Source of the DNA: Gracilinanus agilis
Taxonomy: Eukaryota
NCBI RefSeq assembly: GCF_016433145.1
Contig: NC_058135.1
Coordinates: forward strand, 296,086,205 to 296,150,204
Direction of reading: 5' to 3'
Length of the DNA stretch: 64,000 nt
A program made the position numbers and the translations under genes. Positions 24,331-36,700 of this stretch are shown piece after piece. Numbering within the stretch: position 1 is the stretch's first letter; each line of letters begins with the position of its first letter. A model generated the notes under the pieces. It saw only the letters and a program-made list of their open reading frames with translations. It ran no database searches and had not been told where the DNA came from.

Positions 24331-25845
24331 TTCCCCACTGCCTGGCAGCTTCCTCCTCCGAGGGGATACAGTGACGGAAGGTCGCTATGAGGATGGCTGG
24401 GAAGGACGAACCCATTTTATTGGCGGAGCGAGTGTCCGAGCGAAGCCCCGGAAGGGGCCGCCGCAGTCCCAGGCGCGGCAGGGCTGAGATCTTCCCCCCG
24501 GGCTCCTTCCGGAGAGGTCAGCCTCGGGACTGCTCGGAGGAGGGGGTTGGGGGGGGAGGCGGAATCCTGCCTCGGCCGGAGCCCCCGGTCAGAATTCGTT
24601 TCTCCGTAACTGAGCCCAGAAAGGCTTCTTTCAATGCGCTTCGCCCCGGGTCTACACCGAATAAAAGCTTTCATTCATTATGGCTTGTACGTGGCCTTCG
24701 GAGAAACACTGGCGACCCGACCGCCTAGACGGGGCCCACCGAGCCGGGAGCTTTAGCGGAGGATGGAGGCGCGCCCCACGCTGGATCCCCGGCCAGGCCA
24801 GGGAGAACCCGATAGAGAAACAAGGAGCTCGGACGCCCCCTGGTGTTGACGGAGGCTCATCGCAGCCTTGCTGTACTGCCCTTCGCAATCCGCGGGGATC
24901 TCCTCCAGGGGTCCCCCGATCCTCGCCAGGGAGGTTCCAGAGCAGACGGCAGTAGGCCGAGAGGGATGCGGTGCTTTGCCCACATTGGGCTAGTCTGTGG
25001 CAGGTGCGGGATTCGAGGAGGTCTTCCAGACTCCGGCCCTGCCGGTCTGAGCTTTGTACCCCACCCTGGCCTCAGACACCTCGGGGGAAGGAAGTGGAGA
25101 CGCCCTAAGGAACGCCTCGGGCCTGAATTCGAGTCTAGCCCTGGAGAAAGCCTCCCTTTCGGGGTTTGTCAGGCTCCATCCACCGTGCAGCTGAAGAAGA
25201 CAGAAAGACGCTCCGTTTGGGGAAAGCGCCACCGTCCGATGACTGCCCCAAAAGGTGCCCGAGAGCAGCAGCGCCTGCTGCCTCACAGGCGGGGCAATGC
25301 TGGCACAGGAGAGACAGCACCCAGGCCAGAGAGAGGAAGACTCGTCTTCTTCGGTGCACATCCAGCCTTAGACACTTATCGCTGTGTGGCCCTGGCCAAG
25401 TCACTCAATCCTGCTTGCCTCAGTCTCCTAGCGTGTAAAATGAGCTGCAGAAGAAAGTGACAAACCACGCTAGCATCTCTGCCAATGGGGTCATGAAGGG
25501 GCGACCCGGACCGCCCCCCAAACAACAAATTGTCTCCCAGACCGGCTTCCTCCTCTAGACCCGGCCCAGAGAATTCTGTCCAGACAGATGAGAAAGACCG
25601 AACAGAATGGGAAGGCTGGGAAGGCTCCGGCAGACCATGTCCTCCGTCCCATCACACCTTTCTCGCTGCATGGAACCCTGGGAGATGTGGAAAGTGAAGG
25701 GCCCCACAGTTCTTGCTTGTTTCTTCAGTGTCACAGAATGCCGGGCATCCCCTCTGTGGCACCTCCAACAAGAGGTTCTCAAGCTCTTTGACTCAGGGGC
25801 ATTTCCCCTTGCCCCCAACCTAAATCTCTCTAAATGTATATTCCT

Positions 25846-26030
25846 GGAGGCAGCTGGGTAGCTCAGTGGATAGAGTCAGGCCTAGAGACGGGAGGTCCTG
25901 GGTTCAAATCTGGCCTCAGACACTTCCCAGCTGTGTGACCCTGGGCAAGTCACTTGACCCTCATGGCCCACCCTCACCACTCTTCCACTAAGGAGCCAAT
26001 ACACAGAAGTTAAGGGTTTAAAAAATGAAA
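25846..26030 (+). mobile_element. SINE1_Mdo-type
   Basis: Consensus match. Confidence 0.92.
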
Positions 26031-26914
26031 AACAAACAGTATTCCAGGGAGGTTTGCCAAGGGAAGACATTGTGGGGCGATCCCCTTCTTAGTCCTGAGT
26101 GCATCAACACACGTTATTGATGTATGTCCATCTTGGAGTCCCCTAAAACCACAAGACTGTTTTTCAGGTGGGCTGTAGTCTAGCCATGCCCTCCTCCCTA
26201 CAGCGTGGCCTGGGAAACCTGACTTGACTCTGCTGGCTTGTAGATTATTCCTACCAGCCTCGGGCCTCATCACTCTTCTGTCCCCTCCGTGTAGCCTATC
26301 GAGCTGGCGCTTGTAAAGGTGGAAGTGAATGAAAGTAGCCCGAGGTACAGAATTCCAAGCTATCGAATGACTAATAAAGCACAAAATTATCGGCAAATTG
26401 GCTGAATGGCTACTTGAGCTAGGCCAGAGTCAACGATGAGCGGGGGCAGGATTGGAAGGAGCAACGTGACCGGAGGGAGGGCAGACATCATGGTGAGGGC
26501 AGGAACATTTAGGCTAGGACAGTGTTTAGGAATTTAGGGTAGTGCCCACAGGAGGTTAGTGGCCACCTCTTCTGTCATTGAGGGCTCCGTTGATGACTGG
26601 TTTAGGGCATCTGTAACCTTTGCTCGTGGATCAGTCAGCAGACTCCTTGGCACCCAAAAGGGTTGTCGGTGAGATAACAGCTTTCCTTAATGGTGTAAGG
26701 ACAGTTCAGAGACAAGGTGTCCATTAGAGCCAGCTTTAGGGTTTCAATATAGCCCCTGATTTCTTGGCATATGCTCAAGAGACGATGGGATCGATGGAGA
26801 TGAGCCTTTCCTTCTCCTTAAAACCACGAATGCTCAGGCTGACCCTTAACCCAGCTCAGAGGGGAAAGCTAAATTCCTGAATTTACTAAAGGACATAAAA
26901 AGGGGACTTAAGAA

Positions 26915-27430
26915 TGTAGCTAGCTGAGCCAGTGGATTGAGAGCCAGGGCTAGAGCCAGGAGGGTTCAAATCTGGCCTCAGACACTTCCTAGATGTGGCC
27001 CTGGGGAAGTCAGTTAATCCCCACTGTCTAGCCCTTCCTGATCTTCTGCCTGGGAGCCAATACACATTCTAAGACTGAAAGCAAAGGTTTAAAGAAAAAG
27101 AAAACACAGAATCAATTATGGCATTAAATCAATACAATAGAGAAGCAATTACAAAATAGACTTCATTTGAATTTCTCCCATCCTTAAAGTTCCTCATATA
27201 TAGGATGTTCTGGGAGCAGCTGGGTGGCTCAGTGGATGGAGAGCCAGGCCTAGAGATGGGAGGTCCTAGGTTCAAATCTGACCTCAGACACTTCCCAGCT
27301 GTGTGATCCTGGGCAAGTCACTTGACCCCCATTGCCTGGCCCTTCCCACTCTTCTGCCTTGGCGCCAATACACAGTATTGATGCCAAGATGGAAGGTAAG
27401 GGTTTAAAATTATATAAAAATTAAAAAAAA
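26915..27430 (+). mobile_element. Two adjacent long-tail CORE-SINEs (26915-27100 and 27212-27430)
   Basis: Both carry GGTTCAAATCTG-CCTCAGACACTTCC and the CTTCTGCC tail. Confidence 0.88.
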
Positions 27431-27459
27431 TATAGAGGATATTCCATGTCCCACCTCCA

Positions 27460-28250
27460 TGCCTTCTCACTCACTGTTCTCCATGCCTAGAATGCACTTC
27501 CTCCTCACCTCCACTTCTTATTTAATGGGAATTTTTTATTTTTGATTTCCTTTCATTGGTTTTTATTATTCAATCCTCTGCGTCACCTCCCTTGCAACTT
27601 TTGGCTAACTGAACGTCTGTCTTCGGTTAATATTAACTTCACCTGACTAAACCTGACTCATGGAATAAAAGTGCTAAGGGAAGACTGTTTGACACCTTTC
27701 CAATAGAAGTCAAAGGGGAGCCAACGTGATATCAGTTACTCAAAGGAGAATTTCACTGTCCCAAATTCCTTGGTTATCCTGGGACATCCTACCACGTGAA
27801 CCCAAAATGTAGATTTTTTTCTCCTATAATACATATAAGGGGTTCATTTCCCTTAAAACTCCCCTCCAGTGATGCCTTCCACAAGAAGCCTTTCCTGATC
27901 CCTTCTCCAGCAATTAGTACCTCTCCTCTCCCATCCACATCCCAGAAAAAAAAAATTACCTTGTATTTATTTTGTATGTATTCTGTATACATTTATTTAG
28001 CTGTATGCTGGATCTCCCCTTAGACCAGTGGTTCCCAAATTTTTTGGCCTACCGCCCCCTTTCCAGAAAAAATATGACTTAGTGCCCCCTGTCACATAGG
28101 ATCACTGCCCCCTTACTGCCCCCAAATGCACCTGTGGTCATCACCAACTCCCTGGATCGCTGCAGCACCCACCAGGGGGCAGTAGCGCCCACTTTGGGAA
28201 TCACTGCCTTAGACTGTAAACTCCTGGAGGGCAGGGACTATTTTTTATTT
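27460..28250 (+). mobile_element. L2 3' fragments (host of the hAT MITE)
   Basis: Contains CCATGCCTAGAATGCACTTCC, AAGAAGCCTTTCCTGATC and TAGACTGTAAACTCCTGGAGGGCAGGGAC. Confidence 0.65.
28026..28206. mobile_element. Non-autonomous hAT DNA transposon (MITE), inserted in an L2 remnant
   Basis: TIRs CAGTGGTTCCCAAA / TTTGGGAATCACTG. Perfect 8-bp TSD CCTTAGAC at 28018-28025 and 28207-28214. Confidence 0.95.
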
Positions 28251-28259
28251 TTCTTTAAC

Positions 28260-30060
28260 TGTATTTTAAATTTTTTTTTAATATTTTATTTTCCCAGTTA
28301 TAATTTCCCAATTATATGTATATAACATATGTAATATAATTATATATAATATATAATATAATTATAATTTCCCAATTATAATATAATAATATAATAACAA
28401 TTTTCAACATACGTCTCCCAAAATGATAAGCTCCAAATTGTCCCCCCTCCACCCTTCCCTCCCCTCTCCCAGAGACGGTAAGCAATTTAATCTGGGCTAT
28501 ACATGTATTATTGGAATGGGGGTGCAGGACCCAAGTTTCTAGGGGAATCTCAGGTCAGAAAAAGTAAGTGAAGAATTCCTTGATCCTGGGCCCCAGGAAT
28601 GCAAGTAGCAGAAGAAAGCTGGCCCTGGTGCAACCAAAGAGTCAACTGCATAAACAAAGGATCCTCCGAGAGATGCATTTCCTTCTGTGGGAGATGCATT
28701 TCCCCTGGTTTTATGAGGGCGATGAGGAGGGCATTAGCACAGATGTGCGCTTTCCCTTTGCATCTCAAACACCACTGGATCCTCTGAGCTAGGCAACTCA
28801 CCCACCTTTAGCATCAGGGCTTCCCATGCCACAAACAATGTATAACTATGCTCTAGCCCAGAAACCAAGGCATCTCCCAGGGGAATGTCACCCAGTCCTC
28901 CTTGTTTGTCTCCCTCCCCGCCTTCCTTTCCGGTCATGTGGTCCCAGAGGCAGACTTCCCCTGTGCTTGCCTCCCCTCCCTTCATTTAATAAATTCCTCT
29001 ATTTTTAAATTCATCGGAGCCTGGTAATCCTTTGAGTGGGTGCCCTCCAGAACCAGGTAATAGCAAACTCTCCCACAATGTCACGCACAACTTACTTCCA
29101 TATTGCTCACTATTGAAAGAGGACACGCAGTCGAAGCCAAACTCCCAAATAAAAACTCAGATAAACTGAAGTGAAAAATAGTTAGCTTTGATCCGCATTC
29201 TAACTGCAAAGCTTCTTACTCTAGAGGTGGAGATTCTTTGTCAGAAGGCCTATGGAATTGTTCCAGATTATTGTACTGCTGAGAGCAGCTAAGTCTTTCA
29301 CAGATGGTCATCGTATAGTATTGCTGCCACTGTATACAGTGTTCTCCTGGGTCTGCTTATTTCACTCTGCATCTGTCCCTGAAGGGCTTTCCAGCTCTCC
29401 CTGAAATCCTCCAGTTCAGCACTCCTTCCAGCACAATAATATTCCATCCCAATCATGTACAATTTACTCAGCCACTGCCCAATGGAGGGACATCCCTTTA
29501 GCTTCCAATTCTTTGGCACCACAAAAAGAACAGCTGTAAATCTTTTTGTACGGGTAGGTCCTTTCCCCTTTTTCTGATCTCTTTGGGGTATAGACCTAGC
29601 GGCTGTGTTACTGGGTCAAAGAATATGCTTTCCGAATTGCCCTCCAGATTGGTTGGATCCGTTCACAACTCCACCAACAATGCACCAGTGTCCCAATTTT
29701 GCCACATCCCCTCCACCATTTATCATTTTCCTTTACTGCCATATTGGCCAGTCTGATAGATGGGAGGCCGTGTCTCTGAGTGGCTTTAATTTGCATTTTT
29801 CTAATCAAAAGGGATTTAGAACACTTTTTCATGCGAATGTTGATAGTTTTGATTTCTTCATCTGAAAATTGCTTTTTCATCTCCTTCGACCATTCGCCTT
29901 TGGAGAAGGACTTGTATGCTTCCACGTTTGACTTAGTTCTCTACTGAGAAATGAGACCTTTAGCAGGGAAATTTGCTATAAAATGTCCCCCTTTTTGTTG
30001 TTTCTCTTCTAATCTCAATGGCTTTGGTTCTGTTTGTACAAACTTTAGTTTAAGTTTGCA
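28260..30060 (-). mobile_element. L1 3' end interrupted by a solo LTR
   Basis: L1 3' UTR on both sides of 28510-29077, with ORF2 C-terminal homology at 29600-29950. Confidence 0.85.
28510..29077 (+). mobile_element. Solo LTR inserted into an L1 3' UTR
   Basis: Interrupts contiguous minus-strand L1 3' sequence. About 570 bp, ends in CA, with a TATA-like GTATAAC and AATAAA near 28988. TSD not resolved. Confidence 0.7.
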
Positions 30061-30179
30061 CAAAGTGATTCATTGTATAGCTTGCGAAGCTTTCGAGCTC
30101 ATTTGGTCATAAATTCCTCCCGTCTCCATACATCTGACACGGAAACTATTCCACGTTCCTCTATTCTCCTTTATGTCTA

Positions 30180-30360
30180 TTTTTTTCTAAACTCAACTTC
30201 TGTGTATCGGCTCCTTGGTGGAAGAGTGGTCAGGGTGGGCCATGGGGGTCAAGTGACTTGCCCAGGGTCACCCAGCTGGGAAGTGTCTGAGGCCAGATTT
30301 GAACCCAGGACCTCCCATCTCTAAGCCTGGCTCTCAATCACTGAGCCACCCAGCTGCCTG
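30180..30360 (-). mobile_element. SINE1_Mdo-type
   Basis: TSD CCTTTATGTCTA. Confidence 0.93.
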
Positions 30361-32795
30361 GAGCCTTTATGTCTAAATCATCCACCCATTCTGACCTTCG
30401 GGCAGGGACCAGCTCTGCTTTTCCTTGGCATTGTCAGCATCCAGCACAGTGCTTAGCATCATACATGTCGATGTTCATGAGCGGTTTATGGATTCACCCC
30501 TAATCAGTTGGAGTCCAAGCCCAAGTCCCAACAGCAAAGAAGCTTTTGCCTTTGAGGGCTTCGTGCTGAAGGGTGACCCGTGGCTTCTTTTTCTTCCAAG
30601 CTTCGCTAAAGTCCTTTCCTGCTGAAGAGCAGTAAAACAGAGAAAGGGCTGTGGGAGGACTCTGAGGGGCTGGGTTTGAATTGCTAGCACTGTCATGTTT
30701 GACCTTGGACAAGTCATTTGCCTTCTTTGCTCAAGCCTCCTTTTTTCTGGGAAATGGGGTTTGGGGAATAGAAGACCTTCCCAAGGTGTCTTCCGGCTCT
30801 ATCTCTATGGGCCGGTGATGGCGCCGGGAAGTCTGCAGCCTCTCTCCGTTACAGATCACCACTTCAGGGCTGAAAGGAATCTCGGGCAGAGAAGCCCTTT
30901 CTCTAAATGGCCGTCTGTGGTTGGTTGTCTTTGCCAGTTCCTCCGGCCTTTGGATCCAAAAGCTGCAAAAAGTCGGGCCTGCCGGTATGGTTTGGCAGCC
31001 GCGGGGCGGGCTTAAACGGGGCGGGTGGCTCGGATTTCTCAGCCTCAGTGTCTCTTCCAGAGCCCTCCAAGTCCTCGGCTTCCTCCCTGCTTCTGCCGCC
31101 TTCGGGCACGTTAGCAAATTGTTCCCATCAGCCCCTTCCAGCCGGGGGAAGTCTGGAGCAGACACGCCCCCCCCGCGCTCCGGGAGTTTAGCCCATCAGA
31201 CGGCTTTCCGGGCTGCAGCCCCGGGTGGGGGCTGGGAGGCGGGCGGACACCAGAGGGAAGGGGCTCCGCAGGTCCTCCGCGCCCCCAAGGAGCCATCCGG
31301 CGTTTCCTCGAGGCGCTTCCCGGGGAAGGGAGCCACCCCTTGCCTGGCAGCTCGGGCCGCCCTGGGAAACTCTCCGGAGGGCCAAGTTTCTCCAAGCCAC
31401 GATCCCGCCCCGGCCCGAGCTCTGCCCTCCGGAGCCCGCAGGAAGCGCTCCGACTCTCCTCCACTGAATAGCCCCGCAAACGCTGGGGCGGCTCTCAGGG
31501 CCCCCCCGTACAGAAAAGGGGGTCCCCGAGGCGGGGTGACAGCATGGGCTGGTGGGTTCTTCGCGCACACAGTAGGTTTGCGCACGGGGCGGGGCAGCAG
31601 CCCGGGGCGACCCCCAGCTTGGCCCACTTCCAGGAAGTCTGGCAGAGGCACAAGAGCGAACCCAACGGAGAGAAGGAAAAGCCGCAGCCCCAGCCGTGGA
31701 GTGACCGGGCCGGAGTCCCGAAGCTGGCCCGCGAACCTCGGACCGGAGCCCCGAAAGACCAGAGAGCTGCCTCGGGAACCCCGGCGGGCCCCGGGCCATC
31801 CCCTGGCTTCCAGCGCCCCCCGCAGGCCCCAGAAAGCCAAGGGAGCAGCAGGACGCCCTGGGGGGACCCCGGATTGCACGGAACTGAATGTGTCGGGAAG
31901 TCCTGAAGGTTCGGGGGGGGGGGGGAGGGGAAGCTCTGGGAGGTGCTTGCTGGGAGCCCCCCTTTGAGGACACGTCGTAGCCGCGTGACCCAGGCAGGCC
32001 ATTTCACTTGCCGGTGCCTCAGTTTCCTCGGCCCCATTTCGGCTCTAGAGGAGTGTCCCGAGGCGCTTGGGAGACGCGGACCCCGGAAGGTGGGGCGACA
32101 CTGATGCACCGGCGGGGAGGTTTGCCCGTCCGGGGAAACGGGGATGCTCCGAAAGGCGGTGCTGATGCCGCCCCGCCCCGCACCCAGTGCCGGGAGGGGC
32201 AGCCGAGGCCCGGGGCCTCGGACAAGTGGACTGGCACCACGTGACGCTCCCCCGCCCCGCTCCACCCCGAGCCAGCGAGCGGCTGTCCGGGAGCCGCCCT
32301 GATCCCATCCTCCGGGCGGGGAAGGAGGCGCCGCAGCTGGATCTCCCGTGTGAGCGCCGCCAGTTCCAAGCTCCGCACCGCGGAAGGTGAGAGGGAGCGG
32401 GATGGTCTGCCCGCGGAGTCCTTCTCTGGGGGGAGGGAGTGGCCCTTGGGCCGGCTCGGAGGAGGCTCGGGACTCTCCCACATCCCCGGGCTGCAGCGTG
32501 CGCTCACCTCCCTGGGCTGACCCCCGGCTCTCCCTCCCGATGTCCCACTACAGGTGGATGGAGCCCAGGCCCGAGCTGGGAGCCGCCCGGAGTCACTGGG
32601 CGCACAGAAGAGGTCCCCTGGGGGTAGGCCGGCTCTCCTCTGTTTTTGTCCGCGCCCCCATCACACACACGCACACCCCCTCCTTGTTCCTTTCTGCCCA
32701 GTCTCCCAGCCCCCGGGCTCCCCACCATCCCTGGGGCTTGGGCTACTGAGCTGATGGTGCAGCCCAGGGGACCTCGGGCCTGGTAAGGGAGCCCC

Positions 32796-32883
32796 GGAGC
32801 CCTGCCCTGGAGCCCTGCCCTGGGGGCCCTGCCCTGGAGCCCTGCCCTGGGGGCCCTGCCCTGGAGCCCTGCCCTGGGGGCCC
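32796..32883. repeat. 13/14-bp GC-rich minisatellite (GGAGCCCTGCCCT / GGGGGCCCTGCCCT), about 6.5 units
   Basis: Directly visible. The units alternate as a 27-bp higher-order repeat. Confidence 0.97.
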
Positions 32884-34289
32884 GGATGGGCATAGGGATT
32901 CCACCTTCCTGCCCCGTTTCCCTGGCCTTCCCCCTCCTTCCCCCTCGGCTGGCCCCTTTGCCCTGTCCCTTCCAGGGTCCTCTTTTGTCTCCCTTCAGGG
33001 GATGGGCACGGGAAGGAGAGGGCTGAGTGCCGGGGCATTAGGCCCCTCCCCCTGCCATCCTGCCCCACCTCATGGGTGGAAGGGCGGCGCCTCCCTCGGG
33101 CTGGGCACTCCCTGAATGTGCCAAGCGGCTGTTTTCTAGCCACCTGCCCAGCCCACCTTCTCCTGGTTCTGGATTCTCTTGTCCACGCTCAGGAACTCAC
33201 TTGGGTTCTACCGCAGCTCAGACCCCCGGGGATCCCATGATGCCAGCCCGGGGGCTCTCTCTTAGGGCCTGCGGTGGTCAGCCCGAGCAGGGCTTCCTCA
33301 GGAGGCGTTGTGGAGTCATTGGCAGGGCCCTGGGAGAGAGCCTGGCCAAAGGGCTCAGAGAACCGCGGCCTGCCCAGAGGAGCCTGGAGCAGGGTCCAGA
33401 GGCCCCGGGGGGAGAGGAGGGGATGGCAAGCGGACTTAGAAAGTCTTTGAATTACTCCCCGCCTTTCGCAGCGGGGGCAGAGGGCAGGCAGGAGGGGCGG
33501 GTGGGCACAGAAGCTATTCCTCAGTTTACTTGTTTGGATAAATCTCTTTCCCTCCCCAGCGGATGTCCGTGGGCTAACTCGAAGCCTTTCTGAGCTTCAG
33601 AAGAGTCAGGCAGGGCAGAGGGCGGCTCTAGTTGGGCTAAAGGAGGAGGAAGCTCCCGGGCGTCTGGGCCTGCCAACCCTCCCCCTCAGGTCCCAGGGAG
33701 CGGCCTGATCAGAGAAGGCCGGCGATCCTGGAAGACGGCAGAGCAGAGGGTCAAACGAGCAAAGCCTCCTCGTCCTCCTACCCCAAAGGGAGGCCGTCCC
33801 CACCTACCAGCAGAAACTCATCAGGCAAATGAAAAGGAGAGAGAAAGCTGGCCTGGCCGGGGATCTCTTGCCCGACTGACCACCCCAGACAGTGGCTGCC
33901 CAGCTTTGCTCTGAGAGCCGCCACCCAAAGTGGCCCCGAAATGCGATGCCCGTCTCCCCGGTGCCTGGAGATTTTCAGGGTGATCCGCAGCCCAGACAAG
34001 CGTGACGCGTCTGTCTCTCTCTCAGAGGGTCCCCGGAGCCCCCGCGCAGGCCCGAGCTGAGGGAAGCTTCTGGGTGCTCATTAAGGGCCAGGAAGGCTGA
34101 GTCTCTCCACATAGTGCCTGGTGGCCGCCTCCGAGGGCGGACGGAGGGCTTATTCCAGGCAATCCCAGCCCAGAGGCGAGTCTTCTTGGTCCCTGTGGCC
34201 AGCCCGGGGTACCTCTGGGGGTCACGGGGGGTCTGAGGCTGGGGCGGGGGAGGGACGTGGAAGGAGTTCCTCAGGCATCGCCGTGTGGT

Positions 34290-34303
34290 CATTGTGTTCG
34301 CAG
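34290..34303 (+). other. Splice acceptor of the MRGPRE coding exon
   Basis: TTGTGTTCGCAG|GGAC followed by GGGTTCCGGAGCATGG, the typical MRGPR pre-ATG context. Confidence 0.75.
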
Positions 34304-34336
34304 GGACGTCGGGCGGCCCTCGGAGGGTTCCGGAGC

Positions 34337-35326
34337 ATGGAGCCGGGCCCCGGAGACCAGGTTCCCGTGTTCTCGGCTTGGCCTTATGCGGACGGGAACC
34401 GGACGGAGGGCATGAAGTACGTCATGAACAAGAACGAGGAGGAGGAGGGGGTCGTCTTCAACATCTTCATCCTCGCCCTGACCGAGCTGGCGGGGCTGGG
34501 CGGCTTGGTGGGGAACGGCCTGGTCCTCTGGCTCCTGAGCAGCCACGTCCACCGGAACAACTTCTCCATCTACCTCCTGGACCTGGCCAGCGCCGACTTT
34601 CTCTTCCTCTGCTGCCACATGGCCATCGTCATTCCCGAGACCCTCCAGGACCGCTTCAGCTTCCCCCACTACGTCTACGACAGCCTCCTGGCGCTGAGGT
34701 TCTTCTTCTACACGGTGGGCCTGAGCCTCCTGGGGGCCGTCAGCGCCGAGCAGTGCGCCGCCTCCCTGTGGCCCGGCTGCTACCAGCGCCGGCGGCCGGC
34801 CCACACGTCGGCCGTCGTGTGCGCCCTGCTCTGGGCTCTCTGCCTCCTGCTGCACTTCCTGTCCTACGGCACCTGCGGGGAGCTGTCGGGCGGCAACGCG
34901 GGCACCCTGTGCGGCCACATCGGCTTGGCCAGGGTGGCCTTGCTCGGCCTCCTCTTGGCCTGCATGTGCGTGTCCAGCCTGGTCCTGCTCGTCCGCACGG
35001 AGTGCGGCTCGCCGCGCCGCTGGCCCCAGAAGTTCTACAGCCTGGTTCTGTTCCTCGTGCTCACCTTCCTCTTCTGCGGCCTCCCCTTCGGCATCTACCG
35101 GCTGTCTCTGAACTGGCTGCACATCCCGGACTATTACTATTACCTCAGTGTGCTCATGGCCGCCGTGAACAGCGCGGCCAAGCCGCCCATCTACTTCTGC
35201 GTGGGCAGCCCGCGGCCAGGCGGCTTCCGGGAGCCCCTCAAGACCGTCCTCTTGAGAGCTCTGGGGGACGAGGAGGAGCTGGCCGAGAGGGGAGAGATGC
35301 TGGACACGGGCCCCGTGGACATGTAG
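34337..35326 (+). CDS. MRGPRE: MAS-related GPCR member E, 329 aa from the ATG downstream of the splice acceptor
   Basis: Matches MRGPRE-specific segments as I recall them from the human protein: FNIFILALTE, LWLLSSHV, CCHMAIVIP, LRFFFYTVGLSLL, EQC, FCGLPFGIY, HIPDYYY, MAAVNSAAKPPIYFC, RALGDEEEL and C-terminal GPVD. The ORF-track extension from 34121 lies upstream of an acceptor at 34302-34303. Confidence 0.92.
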   Translation: MEPGPGDQVPVFSAWPYADGNRTEGMKYVMNKNEEEEGVVFNIFILALTELAGLGGLVGNGLVLWLLSSHVHRNNFSIYLLDLASADFLFLCCHMAIVIPETLQDRFSFPHYVYDSLLALRFFFYTVGLSLLGAVSAEQCAASLWPGCYQRRRPAHTSAVVCALLWALCLLLHFLSYGTCGELSGGNAGTLCGHIGLARVALLGLLLACMCVSSLVLLVRTECGSPRRWPQKFYSLVLFLVLTFLFCGLPFGIYRLSLNWLHIPDYYYYLSVLMAAVNSAAKPPIYFCVGSPRPGGFREPLKTVLLRALGDEEELAERGEMLDTGPVDM

Positions 35327-36497
35327 GCCCGGGCGGCCCCCGGGGAGGCCGGACCCTTCCCCTCCGCTCACATCTAGCCGCGGGGCCTGCCCCCTCCCCA
35401 CCCCCGCCAGCCGCTCCCCTCGCCTTTCCTCCGCGGGGGGCAGACCGGCCGGCCCGGCGTCCCGCCTCGCTGCATTTCTGCCAGGACCTGGGCCGGCTCG
35501 TAGCACGTGGAGGCTTTCGTGAGCCTCCGGCCCCTCGGCACGCCCCGTCTTCTGTCCTCGCCAGGCCGGGGGCCCCGACGTCGCAGGGCTTATTCCTCCC
35601 ACATGGCCAGGGCGGTTTGGGGGTAGCAGGGCGTTGGGGGGCGCAGACGACGGGCAAAGGCCGGCAGACAACACAGAAAACCGTTAGCAGTGCAGAGACG
35701 CACCCTTGGCCCAAATGCCACATGAAGGCTCACTAGACACCCCAGACAGACTCTGGCCCAAAGGGGGGTTCTGGGGCGCCCCTAGCCCGGCCAGGGGGAT
35801 GGGAGAGCCAGCTGGGTTTGAACTCTCTAGCCTGGACAACCCGTTAAACTAAGCACTTGGCAGCAATCGCTGCCCTTGAAGCCCACGCCGGAGGGGCCCT
35901 CTAACCCGCTCGACTTCCCCCCTTCCCAGCGAGTTCCTGGCAACTACCTGTGGAGACCCCAAAGTCTGTCTGCTCTCCCGCTCCACGGGCCCTCCGATCC
36001 AGAAGGCCGGTTTCTCTCCCTCAGTCCCTCTGCCCCTGGCCCGGGCAAGTAAGGCTACAGCTCAGACGGCCGCGGCCAGTGCATGGGATTTGGGTATTCC
36101 AGGTCAGGAGCCTCTCGCTGAGGAGCAGAGAACTGGCCGCCCGCCTTGGGGCTCACGAAGCAATCTTGGCCCCGGAGGAGGAGGGCGAGCGATGCCCGGT
36201 GAGGGATGGAGCCTCGGCCGTGTCCCGTCCAAAGCCCAAAGGTTCCGAGGGGAGGAACAGAGACTCGAGATGGCACGGCAGAAGGATGCTGGCATCCCGG
36301 GTCTGCCCCACTTCCAAAGAGCCTCCTCCCGCCTCCCATCCACAGGGCCGGCCGCCCGTGCGTCCACGTGAGGAGGCTACAGGGCGCTGCCTCCTGCGGG
36401 CTGCTGCTTGGGACTTCCTTACATCCAGGTGGAACCTGACTCTCGGATCAGAACTGTAGAGCCAGAAGCGACCCAAGGTAGCCTTAAAGGAAACAGA

Positions 36498-36700
36498 GGG
36501 GGCAGCTGGGCAGCTCAGTGGATGGAGAGCCAGGCCTAGAGATGGGAGGTCCTGGGTTCAAATTCGGCTTCAGACACTTCCCAGCCGTGGGACCCTGGGC
36601 AAGTCACTTGACCCCCATGGCCCACCCTGACCACTCTTCTGCCTTGGAGCCAATGCACAGTATTGACTCCAAGATGGAAGGTGAGGAGTTAAAAAAAAAG
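36498..36700 (+). mobile_element. Long-tail CORE-SINE
   Basis: Consensus match, with AAAGGAAAC on both flanks. Confidence 0.92.

Larger units (their letters stand above)
30900..35750. promoter_or_regulatory. Large GC/CpG-rich block covering the MRGPRE upstream region and CDS; candidate 5' exon donor AAG|GTGAGA at 32387
   Basis: High CpG density and a near-consensus donor 1.9 kb upstream of the coding-exon acceptor. Confidence 0.45.

Noticed and set aside
30900-32500. Several 250-350-aa ORFs on both strands
   Set aside because: Low complexity, in GC-rich DNA containing decayed MIR/L3 pieces, with no codon or domain evidence.
32504-33143. Collagen-like GQGPQGRAP repeat ORFs
   Set aside because: They are translations of the 27-bp minisatellite, with no signal peptide or exon structure.
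34121-34336. 72-aa N-terminal extension of MRGPRE in the ORF track
   Set aside because: It starts at a non-ATG codon and lies upstream of a good acceptor at 34303, so it is probably intronic.
34285-35736. 483-aa plus-strand and 461-aa minus-strand ORFs overlapping MRGPRE
   Set aside because: Same GC-driven stop-codon scarcity; no recognisable homology.
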